A stretch of DNA of 41,941 nt from Woeseiaceae bacterium (GTDB lineage Bacteria > Pseudomonadota > Gammaproteobacteria > Steroidobacterales > Woeseiaceae), in the NCBI GenBank assembly GCA_041574375.1, contig JBFFOS010000001.1, positions 1-41,941 of the forward strand. Reading direction: 5' to 3'. Numbering within the stretch: the first letter of the stretch is position 1; each line of letters opens with the position of its first letter. Below, piece by piece: positions 33,638 through 41,941 of this stretch. Made by a program: the position numbers and the translations under genes. The notes below the pieces were generated by a model, which was not told the origin of the DNA, searched no databases, and was given only the letters and a program-made list of their open reading frames with translations.

Positions 33638-34572
33638 AGCTGGTCCAGGTACGCCGGTACGCCCTCTTCAACGGGACGGAACTCCACATCACATCCGCAT
33701 TGGCGCAGCTGCGTCAGGTCCGCCTGCGTGTAACTCTGGTACGCGCCTTTGAGATGATCGGGAAACGGGATGTAACGAATCTTTCCTCTGCCATGCCAGT
33801 TGATAACGGCGTTGGCGACATCGTTGAAACTCTGTGCTCGACCCGATCCGGTATTGTAGATGCCGGATACGTCGGGATTATCGAGGAACCACAGGTTTAC
33901 ATCGCAAACATCTTCAACGTAGACAAAGTCGCGCAGTTGCTCCCCGTCGCCGTAGCCATCGGTTCCCGTGAACAGGCGCGCCTCGCCGCCGTCGAGTATC
34001 TGGTTGTTGAAATGGAACGCAACGCTCGCCATCGATCCTTTGTGCTGTTCACGCGGCCCGTACACATTGAAGTAGCGGAGTCCGACGACCTGGCTATCCG
34101 GCTGCGCTGCAATACGCCGGACATAGCGGTCGAACTGCAGCTTGGAATAGCCATAGACGTTGAGCGGACTCTCAAACAGCGGGTCCTCGACGAATTCTTT
34201 CGAACCGCCATAAACCGCCGCAGAAGAGGCATAGATATATGGCGTCTTGTGCTCGAGGCAGTAGTGCAGGAGGTCCTGGGAATAGGTGTAGTTATTCCTC
34301 ATCATGTAGCGGCCATCCCACTCGGTGGTCTCCGAGCAGGCGCCCTGATGAAAAATTGCCTGGATGCTTTTGGCAAATTCCGCGTCGGACGACAGCCGCT
34401 GAACAAAGTCGTCCTTGTCGAGATAGTCGGCAATCGGCAGGTCGGAGATATTGATGAACTTGTGCCCATCCTCGAGATCATCAACAACGACAACGTCATC
34501 GTGCCCACGATTTGCAAGCGCGTGAACAAGGTTGCTGCCTATGAACCCGGCACCGCCGGTGACGATATACAT
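33616..34572 (-). CDS. hldD: ADP-L-glycero-D-manno-heptose 6-epimerase
   Basis: Start taken at ATG 34572 ([14 protein letters not shown]..., 318 aa). YGYSKLQFD is the SDR catalytic YxxxK motif. It overlaps the waaF start by 22 nt. The ORF-track start at 34623 adds 17 unlikely residues. Confidence 0.93.
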   Translation of the reverse strand: MYIVTGGAGFIGSNLVHALANRGHDDVVVVDDLEDGHKFINISDLPIADYLDKDDFVQRLSSDAEFAKSIQAIFHQGACSETTEWDGRYMMRNNYTYSQDLLHYCLEHKTPYIYASSAAVYGGSKEFVEDPLFESPLNVYGYSKLQFDRYVRRIAAQPDSQVVGLRYFNVYGPREQHKGSMASVAFHFNNQILDGGEARLFTGTDGYGDGEQLRDFVYVEDVCDVNLWFLDNPDVSGIYNTGSGRAQSFNDVANAVINWHGRGKIRYIPFPDHLKGAYQSYTQADLTQLRQCGCDVEFRPVEEGVPAYLDQLCGPQQH

Positions 34573-34574
34573 AC

Positions 34575-34793
34575 TTACTCCGAATCTTCCAGAAAGTGAT
34601 AGAGCGCACCGCAGTACGGGCACTTGGCGTCGCCGGTCTGTTCGATCGGAATGAACACCTTGGGATGAGAGTTCCAGAGATACATGCCCGGCATGGGGCA
34701 GCTCAGCGGCAGGTCTGCGCGACGAACACCATACCTGTTTTGGGCGTTTGCCGGAATCAGGTTTTGGTCCACGGTTCCTGCTTTGGCTCCCAC
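34575..34793 (-). CDS. Small zinc-finger (zf-CHCC-like) protein
   Basis: 72 aa with a GTG start preceded by GAGGAA. The C-terminal [22 protein letters not shown] resembles the zf-CHCC/COG4391 family from memory. The stop is 2 nt before the hldD ATG. Confidence 0.7.
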   Translation of the reverse strand: MGAKAGTVDQNLIPANAQNRYGVRRADLPLSCPMPGMYLWNSHPKVFIPIEQTGDAKCPYCGALYHFLEDSE

Positions 34794-34838
34794 GTCTTTC
34801 CTCTCAAAGTCCTCGGGGCTGGACGGCGAATTATAAGC

Positions 34839-37676
34839 TCATGCCAGCCACTCGTCCCATGTTTTGGCGACGAACTCCCGCCAAACAGCGAATTCATTCT
34901 GACCGACGAGTGGCGCCTGGTCATCAAGCACGAGATGATGCTGCCGCAGACGGTAGTTCCGGTAGGCCTCCTGCAATGCCTCACCCACCTCGCGAGCAAT
35001 GCAGCCTTCCGCCATCAGTGCGTCGAGCTGGCGGATGTTGTCCGAGTAAAAGATGACATCAGGGTAGGCCCTGGCATGCTCGAGGACCAGGTATTGAACA
35101 AGGAACTCGATGTCACCGATGCCGCCGCGGCCATGTTTCAGGTCGAATTGCTCTTCGTCACTGCGATCAAGCTCCTTGCGCATGCGCTGGCGCATCGAAA
35201 CGACGTCATCACGCAATTTGTCACGACGTACCCGGCCGACCAGGGTCTCCCGGCGAATACGCTCAAACTCGTCTGCTATGGCCCCGCTGCCGGCCACGGC
35301 GCGCGCGCGCAGCAGCGCCTGGTGCTCCCAGGTCCACGCATTCTCTTCCTGATAACGCTCGAATGCGTCGGTGCTCGTCACGAGCAGCCCGGACCGACCG
35401 TCAGGCCGCAGCCGCGTGTCGATTTCATAGAGCTGTCCCGAGCCGGTCTGTGTCGTCAGGAAATGAACGAGGCGACGTACAAGGCGGCCAAAAAACAGGC
35501 CATTGTCGAGCGGCTTGTCGCCGTCCGTGACTTGTTTCTCGCCACAGGAGTCGTGCAGAAACACGATATCGAGATCGGACCCGTAAGAGAGTTCCAGCCC
35601 GCCGAGTTTGCCGTAGGCGACGATGCCGAAACCGGCCTCGCGTGTCATGCCATTGAGCGTGTATCGTGGCACGCCGTGGCGCTCGATCAGGTCACGCCAT
35701 GCGACACGCAGAGTTTCTTCCAGCACGCTCTCCGCCAGCCATGTCAAGCCGTCACTAACCTTCATGATCGGCAGCTTGCCATTGAAGTCCGCCACTGCGA
35801 TACGAAACATCGTCGATCGCTGGAACTGGCTTATCACCTGCATGCATGCCTCACTATCATCGCTTGCACCATTCAGCCGGTCCCGCAGCTCCTCTGACAA
35901 ATCTGCGCGCGTTACCGATTCGGAGTACAGCCGCGGATCGAGTAGCTCATCGAGCAACAACGGGAACCGCGCGATCTGATCTGCGATGTAATTGCTGCGC
36001 GCGCACAGGTCCACAAGCCTCGCGAGCGCACCGCGATTCTCGTTGAGCAGAGCGAGGTATGCACTCCGCCGCAGAATACGTTCGACGATCGTCAGCGTGC
36101 GCATCAAAGCGCGCAGAGGCCGATCCGACTTGGCGATTTCCTGCAAAAGCTGTGGGACAAAACGCTGCAACCGAAGGCGCGCAGCCGCATCGATTTTCCG
36201 CGTCACGGTATCGGCAGCGAAGCTTACAAGTATGCTCGCCATCGGCCTCGCCTCGCTGATCTCCTCGGACTCGAGAAGCGTGGACCAGGCATCTTCGCTC
36301 GCATCTGACTCCCAGGCCTGTTCGACCTGCTTGTGAAACGGCGTTTCCGCGAGACTCTCACGAAACGCGATGTGCGCAAACTGATCCGCGATAACAGAGC
36401 GATGCGCTTCGATATCGGCACGCAGCCCCTGCCAATCGCAATAACCCATGGCGAGGCAAAGGCGCACACGATCGATATCTGACTCGGGCAGATCATGAGT
36501 CTGGCGATCGCGCATGGCTTGAATGAAGTTCTCGACGCGCCGCAAAAATCGATACGCTGTGCGTAACTGCTCGGCGCTGTCGGCGGAGAGGCCTCGACTT
36601 TTGACGAGTAGCGGCAGAACCTCGAGCAACTCGCGTGATTGCAGCTGTGGTTCGCGCCCGCCGCGGACAAGTTGCAGTGACTGGACGATGAACTCTGCCT
36701 CGCGAATTCCCCCGGGGCCGAGTTTGATGTTGTTCTGTAGCTCACGCCTCTGCACTTCGGCCGCAATCATCGCGTGCATTTCACGCAATGACTCGAATAC
36801 GCCGAAGTCGATGTAGCGCCGATAGACGAAGGGCTGAATCAAGTTGCGATACAGGTCGTATGCGACGTCGTCTCCGGGGTGCGGTCCCACTATCCGCGCT
36901 TTTACGTAGGCGTAGCGCTCCCAGTCACGCCCATGTTGCAGGAGGTAGGACTCGAGCGCCCCGAAGCTGGCGACTGGGGGGCCGCTCTCACCGAATGGGC
37001 GCAGGCGCGTATCCATACGAAAAACGAAACCGTCAGCTGTCGTTTCGTCAACGAGCGCGATTACCTGGCGTGACCATCTTCCAAAGTATTCCTGCGCGCT
37101 GATCCGTTTTGCACCATCTGTCTCTCCGGCCTCGGGATACAGAAAAATGAGGTCGACGTCAGACGAAAAATTGAGCTCGTACCCGCCGAGTTTTCCCATG
37201 CCCAGTATGACCGGCGGCACTCGGCTGCCCTTGGCCGTGCGCACGTTTCCATAGCGTGGAGCGAGCGTGTTGGAAGAATACTGGCTCGCTGCATCCAATA
37301 GCCTGTCAGCGAGCAGTGACAGCGAATGCAGGGTCTCATCGAGATTGGCCAGCGCGAATGTCTCACGCCACAGAACGTGCAGCATGTATCGATTGCGAAA
37401 CCTGCGGAGCCTGGATTTGACCTCCGCAACATCGGCATCGGTCGAGGCCACATCGGCAACGAATATCTCGAGTTGTTGCGGGTCGGGCGCCTGCTCGAAG
37501 CTCGCCACGTTTTCGAGCAACCACTCCTTTTCCCGGAGTGCGACAGTGCCGGCAAACTCGCTGCACGCCACAATTCGTGCAAGAGCGTCTGCCTTCGTCG
37601 TTTCGCCAAATCGCTCGAACCAGTGTTCGACCGGTTCGCGCAGCACCTCCGGCAATGTATCGAATACCGCACTCAT
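34839..37676 (-). CDS. glnE: Bifunctional glutamine synthetase adenylyltransferase/adenylyl-removing enzyme
   Basis: 945 aa with two nucleotidyltransferase modules (GMGKLGGYELNFSSDVDLIFLY and AYGKLGGLELSYGSDLDIVFLH). Length and architecture are diagnostic of GlnE. Confidence 0.95.
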   Translation of the reverse strand: MSAVFDTLPEVLREPVEHWFERFGETTKADALARIVACSEFAGTVALREKEWLLENVASFEQAPDPQQLEIFVADVASTDADVAEVKSRLRRFRNRYMLHVLWRETFALANLDETLHSLSLLADRLLDAASQYSSNTLAPRYGNVRTAKGSRVPPVILGMGKLGGYELNFSSDVDLIFLYPEAGETDGAKRISAQEYFGRWSRQVIALVDETTADGFVFRMDTRLRPFGESGPPVASFGALESYLLQHGRDWERYAYVKARIVGPHPGDDVAYDLYRNLIQPFVYRRYIDFGVFESLREMHAMIAAEVQRRELQNNIKLGPGGIREAEFIVQSLQLVRGGREPQLQSRELLEVLPLLVKSRGLSADSAEQLRTAYRFLRRVENFIQAMRDRQTHDLPESDIDRVRLCLAMGYCDWQGLRADIEAHRSVIADQFAHIAFRESLAETPFHKQVEQAWESDASEDAWSTLLESEEISEARPMASILVSFAADTVTRKIDAAARLRLQRFVPQLLQEIAKSDRPLRALMRTLTIVERILRRSAYLALLNENRGALARLVDLCARSNYIADQIARFPLLLDELLDPRLYSESVTRADLSEELRDRLNGASDDSEACMQVISQFQRSTMFRIAVADFNGKLPIMKVSDGLTWLAESVLEETLRVAWRDLIERHGVPRYTLNGMTREAGFGIVAYGKLGGLELSYGSDLDIVFLHDSCGEKQVTDGDKPLDNGLFFGRLVRRLVHFLTTQTGSGQLYEIDTRLRPDGRSGLLVTSTDAFERYQEENAWTWEHQALLRARAVAGSGAIADEFERIRRETLVGRVRRDKLRDDVVSMRQRMRKELDRSDEEQFDLKHGRGGIGDIEFLVQYLVLEHARAYPDVIFYSDNIRQLDALMAEGCIAREVGEALQEAYRNYRLRQHHLVLDDQAPLVGQNEFAVWREFVAKTWDEWLA

Positions 37677-37724
37677 GCCGTGCAGTCTATCGAAAAATTA
37701 CACTGACTCCGGCACTATTCCACC

Positions 37725-38192
37725 GTGCCAGCAAAACACCTTCTCATTGTTTATCACTCGCAGTCGGGTACTACGACCCGAATGGCCGATGCGGTCGTCA
37801 ACGGGGCGACGAGCCGGGACGTGGCCGGTGTGGAAGTACGCGTAATGACGGCGCTCGATGCGGGTGCCGACGACCTGTTGTGGGCCGACGCCTTCATTCT
37901 AGGCACGCCCGAGAATTTCGGGTACATGAGTGGCGCCATGAAGTACTTTCTCGACCGCGTTTTCTATCCCTGCGAAAACAAGATCAACGGCAAGCCGTGG
38001 GCGATGTTCGTGCGGGCTGGCAACGACGGCACCGGGGCGATCTCCAGCATGCGCCGCATCTTGAGCGGGCTTGCGGTCAAGGAAGTTCAGGAGCCGGTTT
38101 TGATTGCCGGTGAATTCGATGAGTCGCGCCTTGAGGAATGCGAACAACTCGGACTAACGATAGCGGCCGGTCTCGAAGCCGGCATTTTCTAA
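37725..38192 (+). CDS. Flavodoxin-like fold FMN protein / NAD(P)H-dependent oxidoreductase
   Basis: 155 aa with a GTG start. LLIVYHSQSGTTTRMA (FMN phosphate-binding loop) and ILGTPENFGYMSGAMKYFLDR. Confidence 0.75.
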   Translation: MPAKHLLIVYHSQSGTTTRMADAVVNGATSRDVAGVEVRVMTALDAGADDLLWADAFILGTPENFGYMSGAMKYFLDRVFYPCENKINGKPWAMFVRAGNDGTGAISSMRRILSGLAVKEVQEPVLIAGEFDESRLEECEQLGLTIAAGLEAGIF

Positions 38193-38195
38193 AGG

Positions 38196-40427
38196 CTAGC
38201 CGGACGTTGATTCAAGCAGCTCCGGGTGGTCGGCCAGGACAGCTTCGATTGGGACTGGTCTGCCGATGAAATGACCCTGCGCATAATCCACGCCCAGTTT
38301 CGTGATCAGCTCGCGCGTTTTCTCTGACCCGACATATTCGGCGACAGTCTGCAGGTCCATAACCTTGGCAACCTGTGTAATCGCCGCGACCATGGATTCC
38401 GAGATCCGATTCTCGGTTATGTCGCGGATGAATCCACCATCGATCTTCAGCATGTCGACGTTGAAGTTCTTCAGGTAGGCAAACGAACTTAAACCCGCAC
38501 CAAAATCATCAAGCGATATGCCATAGCCGAGATAACGCAGGCGATCGATGAATGCTTGCGCCTTGTTCAGGTTTGACACGGCCGCCGACTCTGTGATCTC
38601 GAAACACAGAGACGACGCAGGTAAGCCGCTTTGCTCGATTTCTTCCTCGATGAATTTAAGTATTTCGTCATCACCAAGCGATTGACCCGACAAATTGACG
38701 GCAAAAATTGCAGCCTGCCCGGCAACGAAGTCCCCGCATTCAGCCAACTTGGCGATCGTCGTCGAAACCACCCAGCGATCAATCTGCGGCATCATGTGAT
38801 ATCGCTCGGCCGCCGAGAACAGGGCCTCGCTGGGCACCTGCTCCCCCGCGGAATCCAGCATGCGAAGCAAGATCTCGTAGCGCGGATTGTCCGTCTCACC
38901 GGTCAGACAGGCGATAGGCTGCGCGAGCAGTTCAAAACCCTCACCGTCCAGAGCCTGCTGGATTTCGGCAACGAGCTGCATATCATCGTAGCGTCGGATG
39001 ATGCTCTGGTTTCTTTCGTCATAGACCTCTATTCGGTCGCGACCATGGTCTTTGGCGGCCTCGCATGCCATGCGAGCGGTTGTCAGTGCGTTCCCGTCAT
39101 TGCCACTGGCACGCGTGAATTCGGCTATGCCGATACTCATCGTAATCTGCAGTGACTTGTCGCCCTCCAGGTATCGAAGCGCTTCACCTTTCTCCCGAAT
39201 ATTTTGAGCATACTCGAGCGCGGTATCGGTATCCGCGTGTGTCAGCAACATGCAGAAATCGTCACCCGTCAACCGTGATAATACGCCACTCTTTGGCAAG
39301 TCTTCCTCGAGCAGCCTCGCGAATCGCATAATAACTTCATCGCCGGCCTTGCGACTGAAGCGATCGTTGACGAGTTGCAGGTTGTCGAGGTCGAAATAGA
39401 TCAACTGGTGTGCATCGTCGTCGGACTCGAGATCTGCCCAGGATTCTTGCAACTGGTCCTCAAAGCCACCGCGATTCATAAACCCCGTCATCGCGTCGAA
39501 CGACCGCTCGATAACGTACTCGACCTTTCGCACAATGTGCGCCATGAAGCGGCGGTCAGAACGTGAAAATTTGTTATTGTCGACGCGGCCAAGCTGAGCC
39601 AGGATACCTTCGACGTTCCCCTGGTTGTCCAGCAGGGGACTCAACAGTGCCTGGTATCCATGTTTCGCAGCATCATCAGAGCCTTCGACGGCAGGAATCT
39701 CGAAGATCACCGGTTGCCGCTGACCTTCGAGCTTCGGCAATAGTTGTTCCACGAGATAGCGATCCACGACCTTGCGATTTACGCTTTTCCAGGTGGAGTG
39801 CGTCGCGCTGATACGAATTCGCTTCGACGGAATCAGGAGAACGCTGTACTTGATGCCCAGGAAACGACCGCTCTGGCCAACCAGTTGCGCGAGACTCGAA
39901 TGGCGGGTCTTCGCGCCGTGGATTCTTTCATCGACTTTGTAAACGAGTTCCAGTTCTTCCTCGACCTCAGTCGTCCGGCGCTCGGCCTGTTGCAACCTGG
40001 CGCCGATCAGCAACCCCTCACCGATCATTTCTACCGCGGGTTCGAGAATGCTCTTTAGCAGGCTGGGGTTGAAAGATGCCGACTTCCCGGCGTTCTTAGA
40101 GAATAGAACGACAAGATTTCCGAGCCGACGACCACCCTCCCCACGCACGGGAAAGGCAAGTACAGTGCGCCCGGACGAAAGGGTCCGCCGCAATACGTCA
40201 TCACCTTTCTCCATTTGCGCGACGACCTCATCGGGAAGATCGGCGACAAAATTGTCGATCTCGTAATCTTCCACGCTGTCGCTGCTCCACACACAAGTCC
40301 GCGACAGGTCATAAAAACAGAAACACTGCGCGCGCGGCACGAGCGAGTGCAGCAAGCCTTCCGCTTTGCCAACATTTTTTCTTGTTGCCAGGTTGTGCAG
40401 TTCTGCCGCCACGCTGATTCCAGACAC
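38196..40427 (-). CDS. Signalling protein: two GAF-like N-terminal modules + degenerate GGDEF (TGDDF) + EAL (EIL) domain
   Basis: 743 aa with a GTG start. GGDEF-domain region FDLDNLQLVNDRFSRKAGDEV...LSRLTGDDFCMLL (TGDDF at 39255-39269). EAL-domain motifs are YEILLRM (EIL at 38868-38876), AVNLS, FEITES, DDFGAGLSSFAYL, KIDGGF and QGHFIGRP. Confidence 0.88.
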   Translation of the reverse strand: MSGISVAAELHNLATRKNVGKAEGLLHSLVPRAQCFCFYDLSRTCVWSSDSVEDYEIDNFVADLPDEVVAQMEKGDDVLRRTLSSGRTVLAFPVRGEGGRRLGNLVVLFSKNAGKSASFNPSLLKSILEPAVEMIGEGLLIGARLQQAERRTTEVEEELELVYKVDERIHGAKTRHSSLAQLVGQSGRFLGIKYSVLLIPSKRIRISATHSTWKSVNRKVVDRYLVEQLLPKLEGQRQPVIFEIPAVEGSDDAAKHGYQALLSPLLDNQGNVEGILAQLGRVDNNKFSRSDRRFMAHIVRKVEYVIERSFDAMTGFMNRGGFEDQLQESWADLESDDDAHQLIYFDLDNLQLVNDRFSRKAGDEVIMRFARLLEEDLPKSGVLSRLTGDDFCMLLTHADTDTALEYAQNIREKGEALRYLEGDKSLQITMSIGIAEFTRASGNDGNALTTARMACEAAKDHGRDRIEVYDERNQSIIRRYDDMQLVAEIQQALDGEGFELLAQPIACLTGETDNPRYEILLRMLDSAGEQVPSEALFSAAERYHMMPQIDRWVVSTTIAKLAECGDFVAGQAAIFAVNLSGQSLGDDEILKFIEEEIEQSGLPASSLCFEITESAAVSNLNKAQAFIDRLRYLGYGISLDDFGAGLSSFAYLKNFNVDMLKIDGGFIRDITENRISESMVAAITQVAKVMDLQTVAEYVGSEKTRELITKLGVDYAQGHFIGRPVPIEAVLADHPELLESTSG

Positions 40428-40585
40428 TTTGCGCCAAACAGGATGCCTACGATGCCAGCCACACCCCGGCCAAGCTGTGACTTATGTCTCAGCTATAACT
40501 AATTTTCCGTTCTGGTTCAGCTAATTACGGGCATAATTGAGCAGATGGACACTTCCTGGGGTCCGGGCACTCCTGGCCGGTCTGC

Positions 40586-41539
40586 TCAGAGTCCAGCCAG
40601 CCACTCGTCGTCGGAGCCCGTTTCGACACCCTCGAACAGCGGCGTACTCAGGTAACGCTCACCCGTATCGGGCAACATGGCGAGCAGAACCGAGCCTTCC
40701 GGCGCTTCCTCTGCTACCTCCAACGCCGTCGCCAGCGTTGCGCCCGACGAAATACCAGTAAATATGCCTTCCTTCGCGGCCAGTTCGCGTGACACTTCGA
40801 TCGCGCGGTCGTCGGAGATTGTGCGCAACTCGTCGTAAACATCACGGTTCAGGACGTCGGGTATGAAATCAGGTGTCCAGCCCTGGATCTTGTGCGGCTG
40901 CCATTCGTTGCCGGCAAGCAATGCAGCATTGGCGGGCTCGGTGGCAACAATCTTCAGATCCGGGCGTGCAGCTTTCAGGATCTCGCCGGCGCCTGTCATT
41001 GTGCCTCCGGTGCCATAGCCCGTAACCCAGTAATCAAGGCGTTTGCCCGCGAAATCACTGAGAATCTCGGGCCCCGTCGTGTTGCGGTGAAACTCGGGGT
41101 TTGCCGGGTTCTCGAACTGGCGCGCCAGGAACCAGCCATGTTCAGCGGCGAGCTCTTCCGTCTTCCTGACCATGCCGGAGCCGCGATCGGCGGCCGGTGT
41201 CAGGATGACTTTGGCGCCAAGACCACGCATGATTTGCCGGCGCTCTACAGAGAACGAATCGGCCATGACCGCGACAAACGGGTGCCCCTTGGCCGCGCAG
41301 ACCATCGCCAGCGCGATGCCTGTATTGCCTGATGTGGCTTCGATCACTGTCTGCCCGGGCTTGAGCACCCCCTTGCGCTCGGCATCATTGACGATCGCGA
41401 ATGCCAGCCGGTCCTTGACCGAGGCCATCGGATTAAAAGACTCGACTTTGACGTACAGCGTTACGTTGTCCGGCCCCATGCGATTCAGGCGCACGACGGG
41501 GGTGTTGCCGATCGTCTCCAGAATGTTGTTATAGATCAT
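40586..41539 (-). CDS. cysK: Cysteine synthase A (O-acetylserine sulfhydrylase)
   Basis: 317 aa. IGNTPVVRLNR...ESFNPMASVKDR (PLP Lys)...TSGNTGIALA...GTGGTMTG...HKIQG...GISSGA...GERYLST is collinear with E. coli CysK. Confidence 0.93.
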   Translation of the reverse strand: MIYNNILETIGNTPVVRLNRMGPDNVTLYVKVESFNPMASVKDRLAFAIVNDAERKGVLKPGQTVIEATSGNTGIALAMVCAAKGHPFVAVMADSFSVERRQIMRGLGAKVILTPAADRGSGMVRKTEELAAEHGWFLARQFENPANPEFHRNTTGPEILSDFAGKRLDYWVTGYGTGGTMTGAGEILKAARPDLKIVATEPANAALLAGNEWQPHKIQGWTPDFIPDVLNRDVYDELRTISDDRAIEVSRELAAKEGIFTGISSGATLATALEVAEEAPEGSVLLAMLPDTGERYLSTPLFEGVETGSDDEWLAGL

Positions 41540-41618
41540 CTCGTTACCCCTGCTCTTATCGTTATCTGTTTGTGTTTAGCACAATATTCCCATCTTTGCG
41601 CGAGCGCGCCAAATACGT

Positions 41619-41637
41619 TTATAGCTATTTCGCATAA
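41619..41637. promoter_or_regulatory. LysR-type T-N11-A dyad (TTAT-N11-ATAA), candidate CysB site in the cysK/cysB divergent region
   Basis: TTATAGCTATTTCGCATAA lies 80-98 nt upstream of the cysK ATG and about 110 nt upstream of the cysB ATG. This is motif-level evidence only. Confidence 0.25.
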
Positions 41638-41744
41638 GAATCTGATATATGTTGCCGTATCGCCGCGACGCCAGTTGAAACTGAATGAGTTTCCGTTGGT
41701 CACACTATTGGAAGCAGCAACGTGAATTCCAAAGAAGACACACG

Positions 41745-41941
41745 ATGAAACTGCAACAGCTCAAGTACCTTCTGGCAATCGTAGACAATGGCCTAAACAT
41801 CACGGCCGCCGCCGAGCGCCTGTACACATCGCAGCCCGGTGTGAGCAAGCAGCTGAAGTTGCTCGAAGAAGAACTTGGCATGCAGATATTCACGCGCAAG
41901 GGCAAGAGTCTCGGCGCCATCACCCCGGCCGGTGAGCGGGT
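41745..41941 (+). CDS. cysB: LysR-family regulator CysB/Cbl-type, N-terminal HTH part (partial, runs off the right edge)
   Basis: Not in the ORF track because it has no stop. ATG 41745 reads MKLQQLKYLLAIVDNGLNITAAAERLYTSQPGVSKQLKLLEEELGMQIFTRKGKSLGAITPAGER. E. coli CysB reads [56 protein letters not shown] (from memory). It is divergent from cysK. Confidence 0.85.
   Translation, partial: MKLQQLKYLLAIVDNGLNITAAAERLYTSQPGVSKQLKLLEEELGMQIFTRKGKSLGAITPAGER

Noticed and set aside
33604-35897. Plus-strand ORFs 33604-34599 (331 aa) and 34596-35897 (433 aa)
   Set aside because: They are antisense to hldD and glnE, both of which show full-length homology. Their composition is typical of shadow frames.
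1-41941. Search by eye for CRISPR arrays, tRNA/rRNA genes, IS/transposase/integrase genes, phage genes, known defence-system genes and long direct repeats
   Set aside because: None were seen. Every gap longer than about 60 nt was read on both strands. A computational scan (tRNAscan, Infernal/Rfam, a repeat finder, DefenseFinder/PADLOC) would be needed to exclude small or divergent elements.

Overview
This is a gene-dense chromosomal window of about 45 CDS and looks moderately GC-rich. Gene order matches, as I recall it, the gammaproteobacterial (Pseudomonas PA0392-PA0413-like) layout. On the left is the Pil-Chp twitching-motility chemosensory cluster (chpA partial, pilJ, pilI, pilH, pilG, all minus strand). 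Next come gshB, a TonB-like gene, yqgE, ruvX and pyrB, then pilT-pilU plus a third PilU-like ATPase, then yggS-proC-yggT. The middle carries envelope and stress genes: two exported proteins of unknown function, an HU-like protein, an alpha/beta hydrolase, a coiled-coil + OmpA-like pair, and an htpG-msrB-FKBP operon with a sigma-32-like promoter. After that come ppnN, peptidoglycan enzymes (L,D-transpeptidase, MltD, an exported AstE/AspA-type metallopeptidase), an LPS inner-core cluster (lpxL, kdkA, GT9, waaF, hldD), glnE, a flavodoxin-like gene, a GAF-GGDEF-EAL protein, cysK and the start of cysB. I saw no rRNA, tRNA, CRISPR, IS, integrase or phage genes. I cannot point to a clear-cut new multi-gene system. 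The best leads are: (1) a 41-codon ORF, absent from the ORF track, that is the orphaned N-terminus of an ornithine-aminotransferase-type enzyme and ends in an ATGA overlap with the next gene; (2) the coiled-coil/HhH + OmpA-like two-gene cassette it abuts, whose other end reads 88 nt into the neighbouring FKBP gene; (3) three tandem PilT-family ATPases; (4) an orphan PyrK-like flavoprotein coupled to pyrB; (5) three unrecognisable small ORFs between htpG and ppnN. All family assignments come from reading motifs by eye; no database search was possible.
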